Origin: an uncultured Bacteroides sp.
GTDB lineage: Bacteria; Bacteroidota; Bacteroidia; Bacteroidales; GCA-2748055
Length of the DNA: 64,000 bases
Assembly (NCBI GenBank): GCA_964604655.1
Contig: CAZRZY010000009.1
Span: 47-64,046 of the forward strand
Reading direction: 5' to 3'
Both the position numbers and the translations under genes were made by a program. Position 1 is the stretch's first letter. Each line of letters starts with the position of its first letter. The notes under the pieces are model-generated. The model made no database searches. It was not told the DNA's origin and saw only the letters and a program-made list of their open reading frames with translations. This document shows, in pieces, positions 60,220 through 64,000 of the stretch.

Positions 60220-61743
60220 TCAGGAGGAACGGGCTTTCCTGAACAGGATGTTCCAGACCGCTTTCCAGAAGTAGTGCCACTGGGTGCGGAGCGGATGGCG
60301 CTCGAAGGCTTCCAGGTAGCGCATCTCGGAAGCCTGGATCTCCTCCAGACCTTCGGGCAGATCGGCATAATAGGGGGGGATCAGTCCCGGTTTGACCCGG
60401 ATCCGCTTCTCCTGCAATTCTTTGGAGTAGAGGCTGAAGTAATGCTCGCTCAGCGGGCGTACACCCACCAGTTTGACCTGGCCTTTGAAGACATTGAGCA
60501 ACATGGGAAGTTCATCGATCCATAACCTCCGGAGAATGGCCCGGGAGGTGGCGATACGGAAATCGTTTTTGAATTTTCCCCCGCTCTCCAGGTTGTTATT
60601 CTGATGCACATAGTCCTGCAGATACTCCGCAAACGGGTACATGGTGCGCAGTTTGTAGACCTTGATCAGTTTCCCTCCCTTACCTATCCTGCGAAGGGAT
60701 ATAAACGGGCCATAAGTGGCGCTCAGATCGAAAGCCGGCTCCTTGATCCGTTTGGTCACAAAGAAATAGAGCCCGTTGGCATAACTCTCCTCCAGCACCT
60801 CGAAGCCGCAGGAATAGAGCCTGCCCAGGATTTCGGCCCGCGTGAGCACCCGGTTGTTCCCCCGGGTCAGGAAGAAGTAGATCTTCCGGGTGGGTTTGAA
60901 CTTCGGGAAAATGCGTTTGAGAATGTAATCGAGTGTATATAAGAAATGATTCAGTACCGGCGGGTATTTCCGGAGGATCCGGCGCCTGCGCATCTCCGAG
61001 GTCTCCGCACACCCGATGAATTTTCCGCTCTGAGGCAGTTTGTGGTTGACCGCTTCAAAGAATTTATTCAGGTAGCGCATATCATTCACCCGGCGAATGT
61101 TGACAATGGTGGTGAACTGACTTTCGGGCTGGCGGAGGATATTAAAGCGGGTGAGCGTGGCGGTGATCAGCGTTTGCGGATCGGAAAGGGCCACATGCTC
61201 TTCAATAAAGCTGGTGGCTTTTTCCCCCACTTCCTCCAGGAGCGCATTCCGCAAAGAATCGGGATTCACATGGATATGGCTGTGATTGACCGTCTGTTTC
61301 AGACGGCGCCGGTCGGTGGATGTGGGAGGTTTGTCCAGGAATGCCCGGGCCGCATCATATTCCGGGGAGACCAGCATGTAGGTATAGAGGCTTAAGAACC
61401 CCATCTCCAGCAATGTGGCCAGGCCGAAGGTGCCCAATACCATCATCCTGGAAAAATAGGTGGTATTGAAAACATAGATGGCGAAGGAGAGGATCGCGAG
61501 CACCGCCAGGTTTGGAATGATAATCTGATGCAGTAGAAAGGTGGGTTGTTCCTTCCGGGAGATGGAGTACTTTCCTGCGTAGAAAGAAGCCAGGAACCAC
61601 GTAACCACGGTAACTGCCAGGCCGGTCAGATAGCTACCCGTAAGGTAAGAGGTCATGACCGGTTTGAAACTTGCGACTAAAACGTAGGACCCGGAAAGGA
61701 AGATCAGGTCAAAGAGGATCAGCGCAGCTCTCGGCTTCTTCAT
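60220..61743 (-). CDS. Polyprenyl-phosphate sugar-phosphate transferase (bacterial sugar transferase family)
   Basis: 507 aa with N-terminal TMs. The C-terminal domain has KVYKLRTM and IDELPMLLNVFKGQVKLVGVRP. Confidence 0.85.
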   Translation of the reverse strand: MKKPRAALILFDLIFLSGSYVLVASFKPVMTSYLTGSYLTGLAVTVVTWFLASFYAGKYSISRKEQPTFLLHQIIIPNLAVLAILSFAIYVFNTTYFSRMMVLGTFGLATLLEMGFLSLYTYMLVSPEYDAARAFLDKPPTSTDRRRLKQTVNHSHIHVNPDSLRNALLEEVGEKATSFIEEHVALSDPQTLITATLTRFNILRQPESQFTTIVNIRRVNDMRYLNKFFEAVNHKLPQSGKFIGCAETSEMRRRRILRKYPPVLNHFLYTLDYILKRIFPKFKPTRKIYFFLTRGNNRVLTRAEILGRLYSCGFEVLEESYANGLYFFVTKRIKEPAFDLSATYGPFISLRRIGKGGKLIKVYKLRTMYPFAEYLQDYVHQNNNLESGGKFKNDFRIATSRAILRRLWIDELPMLLNVFKGQVKLVGVRPLSEHYFSLYSKELQEKRIRVKPGLIPPYYADLPEGLEEIQASEMRYLEAFERHPLRTQWHYFWKAVWNILFRKARSS

Positions 61744-61875
61744 AGGTCAGGGTTACCCCGTGAAATTAAAAAAATAATCCGGTAATTGCAGGAACAATTG
61801 CAGGACCATAATCCGCTGAGCAGAGGTAAGGGTCCTTTTAAACCAGTATGGAAGAGATTTAATATCTTCGCATGT

Positions 61876-62670
<795 letters not shown>

Positions 62671-62737
62671 CCGCATTTGATCTTCGGCGGATGGAACCAT
62701 TTATGCAACCAATCCGTTTAAAGAGGCGTCTCCGTTA

Positions 62738-63304
62738 ATGAACCCATTAATGAGCAGTGAGCAGGACATACTTGCAGGATGCTTGAAGGGAAAACAGTCG
62801 GCACAGCGAAAACTATATGAACAGTATTCGCGGTTGTTGTTGGGGTTATGCTACCGGTACGCTGTCAGTACAGAAGAAGCAGAGGACATCCTGCAGGAGG
62901 GATTTGTAAAGATCTTCCTGAATATAAAGGAGTTCAAAGGGGAAGGATCATTACTGGCCTGGATGCGCAGAATTATGATCAATACAGCGATTACCCATTT
63001 TCATAAGACGCGCAAACACCGGTATCATGATGATCTGAAGGACGTGCAGGAGACCCGGTTGGAGGAGAAGAGCTGGGGAGAGGCGGAATTCACAAAGGAA
63101 GAGCTTTATGAGGTGATTCACCGGATGCCTGATGGATACAGAGTAGTTTTCAATCTTTATGCGGTGGAAGGGTATAAGCACAGGGAGATCGCAGAAATTC
63201 TGGGAATTGACGAAAACACCAGTAAATCACAGTATAGCAGGGCCAGAAGATGGCTCCAGGAACGGCTTATGAAGATCACGGCCATTGAAGGCATCAGAAA
63301 ATGA
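62738..63304 (+). CDS. ECF-type RNA polymerase sigma-70 factor
   Basis: 188 aa with region 2 (EAEDILQEGFVKIF) and region 4 (GYKHREIAEILGIDENTSKSQYSRARRWL). Confidence 0.9.
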   Translation: MNPLMSSEQDILAGCLKGKQSAQRKLYEQYSRLLLGLCYRYAVSTEEAEDILQEGFVKIFLNIKEFKGEGSLLAWMRRIMINTAITHFHKTRKHRYHDDLKDVQETRLEEKSWGEAEFTKEELYEVIHRMPDGYRVVFNLYAVEGYKHREIAEILGIDENTSKSQYSRARRWLQERLMKITAIEGIRK

Positions 63305-64000
63305 AAGAACCTCTTCCCATAGAAGAACTGGTACAGAAGAAACTCGGTACTGACGAGATTCAGCCTTCTGACCGCGTATGGAGGGGAATCCGCCGGGAAC
63401 TGGGATGGAAGCAATTTCTGCAATTTCAGCCGGGCCAGTTCAATATCTATTATCTGGGGGTGATCCTGCTGTCCGGTGCATTGATTACCACGCTTGTCCT
63501 CACCGGTTCACCAGATCCATCTTCCGAAATTCTTCCTTCCCCCCTGCCAATGATAGCTCCCGCTGATTCGGATGACCAGGTAACAGAAGCTGTTCAGGAT
63601 ACCGGTCAAACAGCATGGACGGCTGAATCAGTTACTTCGGACCAGGTTCCTGGAGCGGAATTTTCCACTGGCGCTCCATCCCCGGAAGATTCACAGAGAG
63701 CGATTTCAGGGGCCGCTCTGGACAGCAGCCTGAGGAAGCTTAATCCAGTGAGGGAGCAACAGAACAATCAGCAGGCAGGCAGGGAGGGACAAGCCGCTAT
63801 CGATGCTTTCTTCGTTCCTTCGGTATCGTCGGGATGTGCTCCCGTGAGTGTGCAGTTCATCAACCACAGCACTCATGGGGTATCGTACCGATGGACCATT
63901 GGAGATAATGTATTGTCCGCCAGTGATCCGGAATACCTTTTTACCGAGCCGGGAGAGTATATCATTAACCTCACTGTTTCCGGTGCAGGAATTGAGCAGG
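63301..64000 (+). CDS. Putative membrane anti-sigma factor with a PKD-like extracytoplasmic domain (3' end beyond window); not in the ORF track
   Basis: The ATG overlaps the sigma stop (ATGA). The frame is open to the window edge. Has one TM (IYYLGVILLSGALITTLVL), a low-complexity linker, then CAPVSVQFINHS...YRWTIGDN...EPGEYIINLTV, which is PKD-like. Confidence 0.7.
   Translation, partial: MKEPLPIEELVQKKLGTDEIQPSDRVWRGIRRELGWKQFLQFQPGQFNIYYLGVILLSGALITTLVLTGSPDPSSEILPSPLPMIAPADSDDQVTEAVQDTGQTAWTAESVTSDQVPGAEFSTGAPSPEDSQRAISGAALDSSLRKLNPVREQQNNQQAGREGQAAIDAFFVPSVSSGCAPVSVQFINHSTHGVSYRWTIGDNVLSASDPEYLFTEPGEYIINLTVSGAGIEQ

Overview
This is a core chromosomal region of a Bacteroidota genome, judged from gldD/gldE, T9SS C-terminal sorting domains, ECF sigma modules and mostly SD-less start contexts. 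Positions 1-16.9 kb hold the 3' part of fusA and the complete S10-spc-alpha ribosomal-protein cluster (rpsJ to rplQ, with secY, map, infA and a 38-aa rpmJ absent from the ORF track). The rest is housekeeping and envelope genes: eno, gltA, a hybrid sensor kinase, two secreted hypotheticals, hisS, hutH, an ECF sigma module, a vWA protein, a T9SS-sorted M14 peptidase, ychF, tkt, an AP-superfamily enzyme, a PcrB/GGGPS-like prenyltransferase with a PPTase, gldD-gldE-ssb-mutY, hup with a 30-aa bS22-like micro-ORF, rng, dsbD, a flavin reductase, a T9SS-sorted C-type lectin, lnt, an OlsF-like bifunctional acyltransferase, an M19 dipeptidase, SOD, pruA, an ftsB-like gene, a GT2, ompH, an epimerase, a sugar transferase, cysQ and a second ECF sigma/anti-sigma pair. 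I found no rRNA, tRNA, CRISPR array, transposase, integrase or recognisable defence or toxin island, and I cannot support a novel multi-gene system here. The unusual signals are small-scale. (1) Arrays of 8-14 nt repeats with a TAAAG(TC) core fill the spacers directly after stop codons, always in the sense orientation of the upstream gene, including five spacers inside the ribosomal operon. (2) Five genes have tandem duplications that span their own stop codon, none with a unit length divisible by 3. All seven intragenic tandem repeats have unit lengths divisible by 3. (3) Two intergenic loci each carry three near-palindromic ATA(G/C)TAT boxes at exactly 13-bp phasing, next to short tandem repeats. 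All family calls come from reading the translations; no database search was run.
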